Source: Candidatus Bathyarchaeota archaeon
Lineage (GTDB): Archaea > Thermoproteota > Bathyarchaeia > Bathyarchaeales > Bathycorpusculaceae
DNA length: 64,000 nucleotides
Direction: 5' to 3'
NCBI GenBank assembly: GCA_963772455.1
Contig: CAVYXJ010000012.1
Location: forward strand, 96,001-160,000
The notes beneath the pieces were generated by a model. That model was not told the origin of the DNA, did no database searches, and saw nothing but the letters and a program-made list of their open reading frames with translations. Shown in pieces: positions 32,320 to 42,395 of this stretch. The translations under genes and the position numbers were made by a program. Each line of letters opens with the position of its first letter. Position 1 is the first letter of the stretch.

Positions 32320-32631
32320 TTACAATTTCATGATTTGAGCGTGAGGCACGCCTTCAATTTTTATCACTGCTTCAGGATGAACGTATCCTTGGGCAATGGC
32401 GGTTTCAACACAGTTCTTGCCAACAAGGTTTACAATTGTTGAATTGTTAATCAAGCCAACCGCCTCATCAACGGTTGCTTTTCGTCCATTATAGAACTCT
32501 TCTTTTATTTTAAAAACAATTTTTCCCTCTCGAAGAGTTCGACCAAGCAAATCGCAATCGCAAACTGCTAAGAGAACGTTTTTGCCCGCTTTTTTGATGT
32601 TAAGATAGACTTCCAATATTAATTCGCTCAT
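32320..32631 (-). CDS. DUF424 family protein
   Basis: LAVCD..LLG, FY.G, NLVG..CV..A, GVPHAQ. Confidence 0.9.
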   Translation of the reverse strand: MSELILEVYLNIKKAGKNVLLAVCDCDLLGRTLREGKIVFKIKEEFYNGRKATVDEAVGLINNSTIVNLVGKNCVETAIAQGYVHPEAVIKIEGVPHAQIMKL

Positions 32632-33038
32632 AACTGCTTAATACTTGATTTAGCACCGCAGGCATTACATACAAGGAAAGATAACCGTTTTTCCTTAACT
32701 ATTCTAGTGTCGGGACGTTTACAAACTGGACATATAACATAACCCTCTAAATATCGCTGCAGCAATCGTTCAAAGCTGTCTCTTTGGAATTTGCCTTGAA
32801 ATATTGCACGTGAATCATGGAAGGTGGCTGCTGTAGCCATTTCTCGAGTTAAAAACTTTATTACATGTTGTGGATCACGGTCTAATGCATCTGATATTTC
32901 CTTGAAGTTGGATATTATAGTGCGCATACCTACTGTGTTCATGAATATTCGGGGAAGTTCTAGACGTTCGCGTTTTTCAGAGACTTGAGGCATTTGAGCG
33001 CAGGCTCGCTTAAGCAGATCATCATAATTGAAAGTCAT
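32628..33038 (-). CDS. eif2b: Translation initiation factor aIF-2 beta
   Basis: Y..LL.RA, TII.NF, CPVC..PDT, CNACGA. Confidence 0.95.
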   Translation of the reverse strand: MTFNYDDLLKRACAQMPQVSEKRERLELPRIFMNTVGMRTIISNFKEISDALDRDPQHVIKFLTREMATAATFHDSRAIFQGKFQRDSFERLLQRYLEGYVICPVCKRPDTRIVKEKRLSFLVCNACGAKSSIKQL

Positions 33039-33125
33039 GTTTCTATCTCACCCAATCAAGGTATTAGCACATATTTAAAATTTTAACATGCAAAAACAAC
33101 ATTACAAGGGCAATGCGGACTTTCC

Positions 33126-33163
33126 TAAAGTAAATCAATATAAGTTAAAGTAAATCAATATAA
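33126..33163. repeat. Perfect 18-bp direct repeat, 20-bp period
   Basis: TAAAGTAAATCAATATAA at 33126 and 33146. Confidence 0.9.
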
Positions 33164-33218
33164 ATTCCGATAGCAAGCTAAGTATGAACTCGCAACATAA
33201 CTTTACAGAGGCTAACGC

Positions 33219-34169
33219 GTGACAGAGAATCAAAAAACAAGCCAAGATGGAAACATAAATCTACAAATTGACAAAATAAAAAAGCAAATTGGTGAAGCTA
33301 ACAACCAAATTAAGAAGTACGTTGAGAAACGAAACCAATTGCATGAGCAGGTACGCAAGTCTCGCGACGAAATTAATCAAATGAAAATTGAAAGAGATAC
33401 CTTGAATGAGAAGGTAAGGTTGCTTAAGGAACAAAGAGATCTTATCAGAGTCAAAGCAACCCCAATTATGGAAGAAGTAAAGGTTATAGATGAAAAAATC
33501 GCGGAACTCAAAAAAACCGTGCCACATGTGAATCAACGTGCATTGCAAGAAGAGCTCGATGCGGTTGAATGGAAAATTTCTACCACTTCAGTTGACCTTC
33601 AAGAAGAGAAAAGGTTGGTTGGTGAAGTGAAAGAACTTGAAATTCAGTTAAAAGGTTACAAAAAAATAGATAAAAAACATCAAAAAATTAAAGAATTAAT
33701 TTCTCAACGCAAAGTTTTTGATGCGCAGGCAGATGTATTTCATAAAGAATTAACAGATTTAGCCCAGAAGAGCCAAGAATTGCACACTAAAATGATTGAA
33801 AAAATAACCGCTTTGAAAAAGGATAAGGCTGAAGCTGATAGCTTGCATCAAGCGTTTGTTAAAGCAAAGGATCAAAACGCTCTTTGGTATGAACAAATTA
33901 AGCAGTTGATTGATCAAAATAGAGGGTTGAGGGTTGCAGTTAGAGAATTTGATTTAACTAAGAGAAAAGAAGAGGACGCTAAAAGACAAATAGAACAAGC
34001 TAAGTGGAGAGAAGAACAAGCCAAAAGAGCAGTTAAAGAAAAAGAAATTAAAGAAAAAATAGGGTCTGAAGCTCGCGAAAAACTGCAACGAGGCGAGAAA
34101 GTCAATTGGGAAGAGTTCCAATTCATGTTGGGCGATGAAGAAGAGGACGAAACAAAAGCACAAGATTAA
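33219..34169 (+). CDS. Archaeal coiled-coil protein (COG1340-like)
   Basis: Long coiled coil, EW..ST..V....EK.LV and K..RGEK..WEE; upstream of DUF373 and uppS. Confidence 0.85.
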   Translation: MTENQKTSQDGNINLQIDKIKKQIGEANNQIKKYVEKRNQLHEQVRKSRDEINQMKIERDTLNEKVRLLKEQRDLIRVKATPIMEEVKVIDEKIAELKKTVPHVNQRALQEELDAVEWKISTTSVDLQEEKRLVGEVKELEIQLKGYKKIDKKHQKIKELISQRKVFDAQADVFHKELTDLAQKSQELHTKMIEKITALKKDKAEADSLHQAFVKAKDQNALWYEQIKQLIDQNRGLRVAVREFDLTKRKEEDAKRQIEQAKWREEQAKRAVKEKEIKEKIGSEAREKLQRGEKVNWEEFQFMLGDEEEDETKAQD

Positions 34170-34207
34170 AGTCAACTAGCAGCATTAAAATGGGTTAGAG
34201 ATTCGAG

Positions 34208-35440
34208 ATGGCTAAACGGGAAACGCAACAGCAGACGCAAAAGCGTATCCTAATTTTATGTGTTGATAGAGATGGAGATCTGGAAGTTAAAGCTGCTGTT
34301 AAGACCCCTTTGCTTGGAAGATCCTCTAACCTCGATGGTGCAGTTGCATTAGCTCTCAAAGACCCTGAAGAACCAGACGCTAATGCTATGTTTGAAGCAG
34401 TTAGACTTTTTGACCGGTTGCAAGATGAGAGGCAACCAGATGAAACCTTTGAAGTAGCAACTATTTCTGGAAACGATTTAGGCGGTGTAAGTGCAGATCG
34501 AAAACTAGTTTCAGAGCTGAATAGTTTGCTTGGTTCTTTTAACGCTAATGAAGTTATTCTGGTAACTGACGGATATTCAGATGAGGCGGTTTTGCCGCTA
34601 GTAGAATCTAGGGTGCCAGTTTCTTCTGTTAGACGCATAGTAATAAAACATAGTGAGTCAATCGAAGAAACTGCAGCGGTCTTCACAAAATATATTCGTT
34701 TACTTGTAGATAATCCAAGATATGCTCGAATGGCTCTCGGATTACCCGGTATTTTGGTTTTAATTTTCGGTATTTTGTGGGCGATTGATAATTTTCTCTA
34801 TAAAGGTGCAATTTACTATTTCGGCATTGCCTTTGTAATAGTTCTTGGCGGCTTCCTTTTGCTCAAAGGTTTTGGAGTTGATAGAGCAACTAAAGATGCC
34901 TACAAATGGGCAAAAGACTACACACCCCCAGCACTTCCGATACAATTTTCTAACTACACAATTATTGCGGGAATACTTTGCATTGCTGTAAGTGTTTATT
35001 TGGGGATAGTAAACGTTAACATCAGCGCAGCACCGTTTCCCAGCGACTTAGGTGGCTGGTTGGGTGCTACACCAAAAATAGCCACGTTCTTCATTAAAGG
35101 ACTCGATACTTTGCTAGTTGTGGGTATAGCCATAATTCTCATTGGAAGAAGCATACGATTATACTTTGAAAAGGATTCAAGATTATTGCGAAATGCTGCC
35201 TTAATCGTTTCAGTTGCTTGGTCATATTGGGTTCTAGAAGGAACAGCGAACGTAATAATTCATTATTATCAAGATTCATCAGCAGTTGTTGGTTTAAATG
35301 ATCCAATTTTCGCGAGTTTTCTATTTACAATTATTGTTGGCATACTAATTGGTGTAGCTTCTGTGCTCCTGATTTACATAGTTAACAGGTCAGCAAAAGG
35401 TTTCTTTAAGAAAAGAGAAGAAATAACAGAAGAACTGTAG
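34208..35440 (+). CDS. DUF373 family membrane protein
   Basis: LCVDRD.D, DPEE.DAN, VTDG..DE, multi-TM C-terminus. Confidence 0.9.
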   Translation: MAKRETQQQTQKRILILCVDRDGDLEVKAAVKTPLLGRSSNLDGAVALALKDPEEPDANAMFEAVRLFDRLQDERQPDETFEVATISGNDLGGVSADRKLVSELNSLLGSFNANEVILVTDGYSDEAVLPLVESRVPVSSVRRIVIKHSESIEETAAVFTKYIRLLVDNPRYARMALGLPGILVLIFGILWAIDNFLYKGAIYYFGIAFVIVLGGFLLLKGFGVDRATKDAYKWAKDYTPPALPIQFSNYTIIAGILCIAVSVYLGIVNVNISAAPFPSDLGGWLGATPKIATFFIKGLDTLLVVGIAIILIGRSIRLYFEKDSRLLRNAALIVSVAWSYWVLEGTANVIIHYYQDSSAVVGLNDPIFASFLFTIIVGILIGVASVLLIYIVNRSAKGFFKKREEITEEL

Positions 35441-35560
35441 ATTCTCTCACAAGTCTGATAATATTTTTTAGGATAAGCTTTAATTGAAACAATAAAGGTT
35501 TTAGATAGAGTGCACGACCAAAATGCATTGCAAATCCTTTAGACAAAAGAGGTTCAACTA

Positions 35561-36356
35561 GTGCTTCAAAGAGTTCTTTCTGTTATTGGCGCCTATAAGA
35601 TTTACGAGAAATGGCTATGGCTTCAGGTCAAAAACGGAATTAAACCCGAACACATAGCTATAATTCTTGATGGAAATAGACGATGGGCAAACGATCAGGA
35701 AAATAACCCTTGGCTAGTGGATAAGTGGGGACACAAACAAGGCGCTGACACAGTTGAACAGCTTTTAGATTGGTGCCAAATGTTCGGGCTCAAATATGTC
35801 ACATTATACACGTTTTCTACAGAGAATTTTACCCGCAACCCAGAAGAAATAGCTAAAATAATGCAGATTGCTGAAGAAAGATTCCGTAAACTGTTAACTG
35901 ATGAGCGTGTACACAGAAATAAGGTTCATGTAAAGATTATCGGCAGAGTTAACCTTTTACCAGCCAGCTTGCAGAAGGCAATTGAAGATGTTGAGAAGGC
36001 TACAGAGAATTATGATTGTTACTTTTGGAATTTTGCTTTTGCATATGGTGGAAGAGCAGAAATTGTGGATGCTGCAAAAACTATAGCAAGAAAAGTAAAG
36101 AGTGGTGAATTAGACGTCGATGAAGTCAACGAAACTACGTTTGAAAAATATCTCTATACATCGCATATGACCAAACAGGATCCTGATATGATTATTCGTA
36201 CTTCTGGGAGAAGAAAGATTAAGTGGGTTCCTGCTTTGGCAAGCTGCTTATAGTGAACTTCTTTTCCTGGATGTTTACTGGCCTGACTTCCGCTTAATCG
36301 ACTTGTTAAGGGCGATCAGGGTGTTTCAGCACCGCAAACGCCGTTTCGGAACATAA
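35561..36356 (+). CDS. uppS: cis-prenyltransferase (frameshift in G run near 36207)
   Basis: [27 protein letters not shown] then [16 protein letters not shown] in a shifted frame. Confidence 0.93.
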
Positions 36357-36361
36357 AAAAT

Positions 36362-36406
36362 TTATGCACGTTTTTATGCGCTCACAATGCTAATGATGTC
36401 ACGGTC
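36362..36406 (-). pseudogene. 45-bp relic of a ychF 3' end
   Basis: Translates DRDIISIVSA*KRA*, versus DRDVISIISAKKRS* at 37322..37366. Confidence 0.8.
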
Positions 36407-36415
36407 AATTAACCA

Positions 36416-37054
36416 TTAATATTTGTGGTATTTGCGCCGCTTTTTGCTTTTAGGTTTTCTAAGTTGTTCACCGCATTTGGCGCAGTATGCTTTTCCTTTA
36501 GATACTGGAAGAACTCTGCCTGCTCTCCAGAAATGGCCGTTCGGACAGCTAAGGTCAAAGTTGAAAGCTTGTGTTTCGTAGTCTAGCGGATTGGTTATGA
36601 CATCTTCTTCGGTTGAGAGGTTGTTTTTTATGATTTCATGCGGGGCAGAGACCACGGCTGGGATAATTAGTTTTGACGGAAAATATGGTTCTTCTTGTAC
36701 TTTGACTTTGGTTTCGGCGGTCTTTTTTAATTCAACCTTTTTTGATGAGCGGAAAATTGATGTTTTAGCCAGCTTAGCTATCACGTCTTTATGTTTCAGA
36801 TAAACCGTCGCGGCGGTGACTGGCTTGGCCGCTTTAGCTTGGAGAACGGTCTTGACTGGTTTTGCGGAAGAAAAAACTTTGGTTGAAACAGGGACGGTGG
36901 CTTGCGCTGCCCAGTCTGGGGCGTCAGCTTTAGCCTTCTTTTTGGGTGAGGCTTTCTTGATTCTTATCAGTGTAGCAGTTGTTGAGGTCTTGCATTCGGG
37001 GCAGTTTTCACTGTATTCTTTGAGTCGTCGTCCACATTTTCGGCAAAAAGGCAT
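36416..37054 (-). CDS. Basic protein with N- and C-terminal zinc ribbons
   Basis: MPFCRKCG..CPEC; CPNGH...CAKCG; K/A/P-rich linker. Confidence 0.8.
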   Translation of the reverse strand: MPFCRKCGRRLKEYSENCPECKTSTTATLIRIKKASPKKKAKADAPDWAAQATVPVSTKVFSSAKPVKTVLQAKAAKPVTAATVYLKHKDVIAKLAKTSIFRSSKKVELKKTAETKVKVQEEPYFPSKLIIPAVVSAPHEIIKNNLSTEEDVITNPLDYETQAFNFDLSCPNGHFWRAGRVLPVSKGKAYCAKCGEQLRKPKSKKRRKYHKY

Positions 37055-37321
37055 AAGCTCACTTTGAATTTTAGAAAAAGTGTGCTGCTCCCTTTAAACT
37101 TTAACATATCAAGCGAATATTGTTGCATGCATTAGGACACCGGTAACTATTATGCCGCCCTCGAAAATTAATAAGGAATCCAAAATTTATTACAACACTC
37201 TTAAGAGAAAACTGTGTGGATTCACGGTTTTATAGGATTGTCTTCGCCGATTTGCGTTGTCTCTAGCTTGGATGTGGGGCAGGTTTCAATTAAAAAAAAT
37301 AAAATATTTTTGGTTTAGACT

Positions 37322-38546
37322 TTACGATCGTTTTTTGGCGCTAATAATCGAAATTACGTCTCGGTCTTTTAGGATGGCGTCTTCGCCGATTCTACGTTTG
37401 TCGCGGGCATCAATGGCGTATAGGAAGTTTTCTCCGAGTTCAGTGTGGATTATGTAAGCGAATAGGTGTGCTGTTGTGCCTTTTGGGATGAGGTATGCGT
37501 CGGGTAGGATGCGTCCGTTGTGGTCGGTAAAGTGTTCTAAGTCTTCAACTGGATAAACAGTTATCATGTCGAGTAGTTTGAAGTATGCGGTGTTTATGGC
37601 TTCTTGCACTCCAGTAGACCCGTTTGTAGCTAAGATCTTTATCTTTTATTGCCTCAAGCCCTTTAATTTGGCCAGCCGACAACTTTTCAGGTTGCGTTAT
37701 CTTGAAAGTGTTGTCGCCAGGTTTATAATCGACCAACTGTTTCTCTGCGGCACGTCTAAGACCCAATTCGGCCTCAGCGCTACATGAAATCACGACATAG
37801 TCAAGTTTTTTTAAGCGTTCAATGTTTGCTTGCGCTGTGGGCAAATCAATTTTATTTGCAACAATCAACATCGGTTTAGCTATTCGCCGTAAGTTGTCTA
37901 CGAAACGGTAAAAGTCATCATCCGTCCAAGATACAGGTCTATCAAGGTTCAAGTTGGCTCTTCGAACTGCCTCAGCTACGTATTGACGCTTAATGCTTAA
38001 ACCTGCTAAGCGGTCTTCCAGATGGTGAATGAGACCTTTTTTGTCCGTTTCCGCTGTTCTAGAGATTTTGGACCAGTCTTTTTTGAGAATGGTGAGCATC
38101 CACATGTTAATTTCTTTTTCCAGAAACTGTACGTCTTCGATTGGATCATGTTCGCCTGGTTTGCAGCTTTTGCCTTCGCAGTCGGTTCCGCCTGAAGCAT
38201 CAACTACGTGGATGAGGGCGTCTGCTCGGCGGATTTCGTCTAGGAACTGGTTTCCTAAGCCGCGTCCTTCCCAAGCACCCGGCACGATACCTGCTATATC
38301 CACAATTTCTACGGGAACAAGGCGTGCGCCGTCAAGGCAGACTGAGTTTCGCGGGTTGTCTTTGACTTTGAAGTCTTCGTGGACACATTTGGTTCGAACG
38401 TATCCGACGCCGCGGTTGGGTTTTATGGTGGTAAAGGGGTAATTGGCTATTTCAGCCGCCACTAAAGTTGCTGCGCTAAAGAAAGTTGATTTTCCAGTAT
38501 TTGGTTTTCCAACTACTCCAAGTAAACGCGAGTAAGATCTTTGCAT
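37322..38546 (-). CDS. ychF: OBG-family translation-associated GTPase/ATPase (frameshift near 37640)
   Basis: GKPNTGKST, YPFTT, DIAG, NKID; TGS domain IHTELG in the second ORF. Confidence 0.92.
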
Positions 38547-38698
38547 AAGTATTCCTGTTTTATTGTTGCGTTAAGGGCTATATTACTTGTGTTTTTAAAA
38601 AACAAAAAGCATTCTGCAAATATGCGAAGATTTGTTGTATAGATTTGAAAACCATCATCATAATAAATATGATACTCATAATTCAACCTGAATAGTAG

Positions 38699-41275
38699 AT
38701 GAAGTCCATTAGATCCGAAGATTTTCTTCGTTTAAGTAATAAATTTTTTGTCTTCATGTTCATTTCATTAATTATCATTGGTTTTGTTGCTCAAAATGAA
38801 ACTCAAAAAGAATCTGATAAACCAACTCAACAATGGGTTGCGCATCCAATGTATATTTCGCCTTTTGCAGGAACCCCCAATCCGACGGGTTATTCGCCGA
38901 ATCAAATAAGAACAGCCTATAATTTGCCTTCTTCAGGAGGCGCAGGAAGCACAATTGCAATAATAGATGCTTACCATACTCCCAACATCTTGAGTTATTA
39001 CAACTATTTTTCTAGTCAATATAATCTTCCAGACAATACCACAGGCAACTTTATTGTTCACTCAATGGCTCAAAATATGCAAACAAACAGCGAATGGGCA
39101 ATGGAAACTTGTCTAGATGTCGAATGGGCTCATGCAATAGCTCCAGACGCAAAAATATTGTTAGTTGAAGCCGTTTCACCTGATGACACAGATCTTCTAT
39201 CAGCCATTGATTATGCAACAAGTCAACCAGGAGTTGTTGCCGTTTCTATGAGTTGGGGTGGTAATGAATTTGCAGCCGAAGTATACAATAGTGTTAATAA
39301 TCATTTTATTAGACCTGGCATAACTTTTTTTGCTTCTTCAGGTGATGATGGCACAAGTACCATGTGGCCTGCTGTCTCCCCAAATGTTGTTAGTGTAGGA
39401 GGAACCACTCTTCTTCTGGCTGCAAATGGAAGAGTAAATGCTGAGACTGCTTGGAATTTTAGCAGTGGTGGGTTAAGTGAATATTTCATTAAACCCTCTT
39501 TCCAAACAAATTACGGATTACCTTATTCTGCTCGAGCTGTACCTGATGTTTCTTATAATGGAAACCCTGCCACTGGAGTTGCTGTGTACAATGGTACATG
39601 GTGGAAGGTGGGAGGAACAAGTGCTGGAGCACCTCAATGGGCAGCTATCCACGCGTTAGGACTCTCAGCAACGAACATCAACCTCTACCAAAGGGCGAAA
39701 TCAGCTTATTCAACTTATTTTAGAGATATTACTGTCGGCTCAAGCGGATCCTACTCAGCAGAGATAGGTTATGATTGTGTTACTGGTTTAGGCAGCCCGT
39801 TAACTTTCAAGTTCGCAACAACTCTTGAAGTTTCCCCAACCTTAGGTCCTCCCAACGGGGCAATTAGTCTTAATGGATTTGGCTTCACAGCCGGCAGTTC
39901 CGTAAATATTTCTTATTTGAATCCAATAACTTCCAAATGGGTTTCAATAATCAACAACTCTGCGACCGATTCTGGAAATTTCACTTATAGCATGAACGCT
40001 CCTGATTTAGCTCAAAATAGCACTGCAGGAGACCATCAAGCACAATTCGACAACATTATTTTCAGAGCCCAAGACAACAGCAATAGCCGCTCTTACTACA
40101 CGACTATTCCATATTCTCAGGGACGTAGAGGGTTAATTCAAATAGGCAATAATGAAGCAGCAGGATTATTTGGAAATAACACAAATTTAGCTTCAACTGT
40201 TTTTGTTCAAAATGGTCAATTTTTAGGAATTTCTGGAAGCTGGTTTAGTCCGGGATATGCATCTTTAGTATTTGATGAATCATTAAACATAGGTTCAGTA
40301 AGTATCGATGAAACCGGAGGTTTTAATGCAAACATCCAGATACCAATCATAGCGCCGGGGCAACATAGACTTTCAATAAACGATGGCATCAATTCTTTCT
40401 GCATCAATTTTACTCGTTTACCTAAAATCTCCAACGATTACGTGGATGGTTGGAACTCACAGGATATTACAATTAACCTTACACCTGACTACCCCATGAA
40501 TGAAACCTTTTATCGAATAAACGACGGCCCCGTCTATAACATTTCAAGCATTGGAAGCCCCATTATAACAACTGAAAGCAGCAACAACACTTTGGAATAT
40601 TGGAGTACTTGGAATGTTTACGGAACAACCCTAAGTGAAATCCCTCATATGACAATATCAGGAATTAAACTTGATAAGACCCCACCAACAGGATCCTTAA
40701 CATTTGAATCATCCACTTCTCAAACAACTTCAGTGATTCTGTCTTTATCCGCGACCGATGATACATCTGGAGTTGCTCAAATGCGTTTTTCCAATGACAA
40801 CTTTACTTGGTCTGTTTGGGAACCTTATCAAACAATTAAGACATGGACTCTTTTAGATGGCGAGGGATTGAAAACCGTGTTTGTTCAATTCAATAATAAC
40901 GCAGGTCTAACGTCAACGTACAGTAATACTTTAACTCTCGAAATTCCACTTCCCTCTGCAACCCCAAATCCAACCAACATACCCATTGCTACCCCAGCTG
41001 TTATCCCATCTGAAACTCCTGAAACAACAAATAGCCCGATTTCAACATTATCTCCAACGTCAACTCCCCATCAGTCACCAATACTTACAACTTCACCAAC
41101 TCAAAGATCAAATCCAACTTTGAACCCCGACTTGAATAATGATATTTTACCAAGTAATTCACAAACGCCACCAGCCTTACCTGAAATTCCACTATGGACT
41201 CTTACAATTTTTGTCTTATTGTCACTATTAATTGCGCCAGTAATTAAGAAAAAGACGAAACTAAACCATAAGTAA
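38699..41275 (+). CDS. Secreted S53 (sedolisin) peptidase with Ig-like domains and C-terminal anchor
   Basis: ETCLDVE, SMSWG, SSGD, GGTSAGAP, YD.VTGLG; PT linker, PEIP, TM helix, KKK. Confidence 0.9.
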   Translation: MKSIRSEDFLRLSNKFFVFMFISLIIIGFVAQNETQKESDKPTQQWVAHPMYISPFAGTPNPTGYSPNQIRTAYNLPSSGGAGSTIAIIDAYHTPNILSYYNYFSSQYNLPDNTTGNFIVHSMAQNMQTNSEWAMETCLDVEWAHAIAPDAKILLVEAVSPDDTDLLSAIDYATSQPGVVAVSMSWGGNEFAAEVYNSVNNHFIRPGITFFASSGDDGTSTMWPAVSPNVVSVGGTTLLLAANGRVNAETAWNFSSGGLSEYFIKPSFQTNYGLPYSARAVPDVSYNGNPATGVAVYNGTWWKVGGTSAGAPQWAAIHALGLSATNINLYQRAKSAYSTYFRDITVGSSGSYSAEIGYDCVTGLGSPLTFKFATTLEVSPTLGPPNGAISLNGFGFTAGSSVNISYLNPITSKWVSIINNSATDSGNFTYSMNAPDLAQNSTAGDHQAQFDNIIFRAQDNSNSRSYYTTIPYSQGRRGLIQIGNNEAAGLFGNNTNLASTVFVQNGQFLGISGSWFSPGYASLVFDESLNIGSVSIDETGGFNANIQIPIIAPGQHRLSINDGINSFCINFTRLPKISNDYVDGWNSQDITINLTPDYPMNETFYRINDGPVYNISSIGSPIITTESSNNTLEYWSTWNVYGTTLSEIPHMTISGIKLDKTPPTGSLTFESSTSQTTSVILSLSATDDTSGVAQMRFSNDNFTWSVWEPYQTIKTWTLLDGEGLKTVFVQFNNNAGLTSTYSNTLTLEIPLPSATPNPTNIPIATPAVIPSETPETTNSPISTLSPTSTPHQSPILTTSPTQRSNPTLNPDLNNDILPSNSQTPPALPEIPLWTLTIFVLLSLLIAPVIKKKTKLNHK

Positions 41276-41295
41276 ACATTGTTCAAATTTTTTAA

Positions 41296-42106
41296 TTAAA
41301 ATAAATCAGGTTCAGATTCCTTTGAAGGTTCTTGAGAAACTTTAGGTTGTACTAGTTTCTTCAAAGTTTTGTGGCATTTGCTGCATTCAAACATCTCATT
41401 GCCGCATGACGGACAGAATATTTCTTGCTTTATCATGCGATCTAAAAGCTCGAGCAATTCTGCTTTATTCTTTACCTCGCGTGGAGATTCTTCCCGCACA
41501 AAATCATTAGCCGCCTTTTCTGGTTGTGGGTTTTCATTGGTGACTATTTCTTGATATACCTTTGAGATGCTGGTTTTTCCTTCCCTTAGCTTTTGTTTTT
41601 CATCTTCACTAGCTTTTTCCATTATTTTTTTACCGCGTTCAAGGGTTCGGGTAGAAACACCTGCTTTTTTGGCCACAATATCAGTTGCTTTTGCCTTTAA
41701 CTCAGGCGTAGCGTCATCTGACGCTATCCCCAATTGCATATCTCGACCATCTTTGCCTCCTTTGGATTGTCTTGACTTTGCAAGAGCTTTTTCAATTTCA
41801 AGCAGAGGAACAGCTAATTCAACAAGCTGGAAGTTGTTGAGGTGGCGACGTCTTAGGTTTGCTTCAATAACGAATTTCTTTTCATGAAGTTTGTCATCGA
41901 ATTTGCGAACTTCAAAATCTGGTTCGATACCAAGTGCCATACAAGCTCGAAAGCGGTGGTGTCCATCTAAAACTTCTAGGTCTTCATTAACGATTATTGG
42001 GTAGTGTTGGCCTTCGGTTTGTATTGAAGCTTTGAGTTCCTGCGAATTCTTCATCGGACATTCTTGGAAGTAGTTTGTCGTATTCGGGGTTTAAACGTAA
42101 ACTCAT
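41296..42106 (-). CDS. ParB/Srx N-domain protein with HTH and C-terminal Zn ribbon (frameshift near 42043)
   Basis: MSLRLNPEY..LLP.MS.EEF then LKASI..EG...PIIV....VLDGHHRFRA, NL.RRHL, AKKAGVS.RT, CPSC..CSKC. Confidence 0.85.
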
Positions 42107-42370
42107 GGATACCGCCTTCTTCTTTGTTTGAATTATTATTTAAGGTGAAGGGTCAAAGAAGTGTGCCAAAGTTGAAATTTTTAAATAAACAACAACTTCT
42201 TGCTTGTTGACTTTGCTTGAAGCAATCTTTGCGCCAAATAATATATTTGAGAGAAGAAGAAGAGAAAAAAATTTGCATTCTTCTTCTCTTCTACAAAAAT
42301 TTAGTTCATACCCTTTTACAACTGGGGATATTGCGGTGTCTTATTACGCTTTTCAGTTAGAAAAGGTGCC

Positions 42371-42395
42371 TTTTCGTCAAACTTTCTTTACTAAG
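42371..42395. repeat. Palindromic site overlapping the stop of 42391..43377; direct-repeat partner of 43430..43454
   Basis: TTTTCGTCAAACTTTCTTTACTAAG, 21/25 identical to TTTTCGTCAAGGTTTCTGGACTAAG. Confidence 0.75.

Noticed and set aside
34195-34686. Long antisense ORFs (also 38029..38442, 48943..49389, 49566..50009, 58336..58767, 61828..62124)
   Set aside because: Shadows of well-supported genes on the opposite strand
26799-38546. Programmed frameshifting or phase variation in sdhA, fumarase, uppS and ychF
   Set aside because: Runs are only 2-4 nt, there is no shared slippery motif, and likely essential genes are affected; sequencing error is simpler
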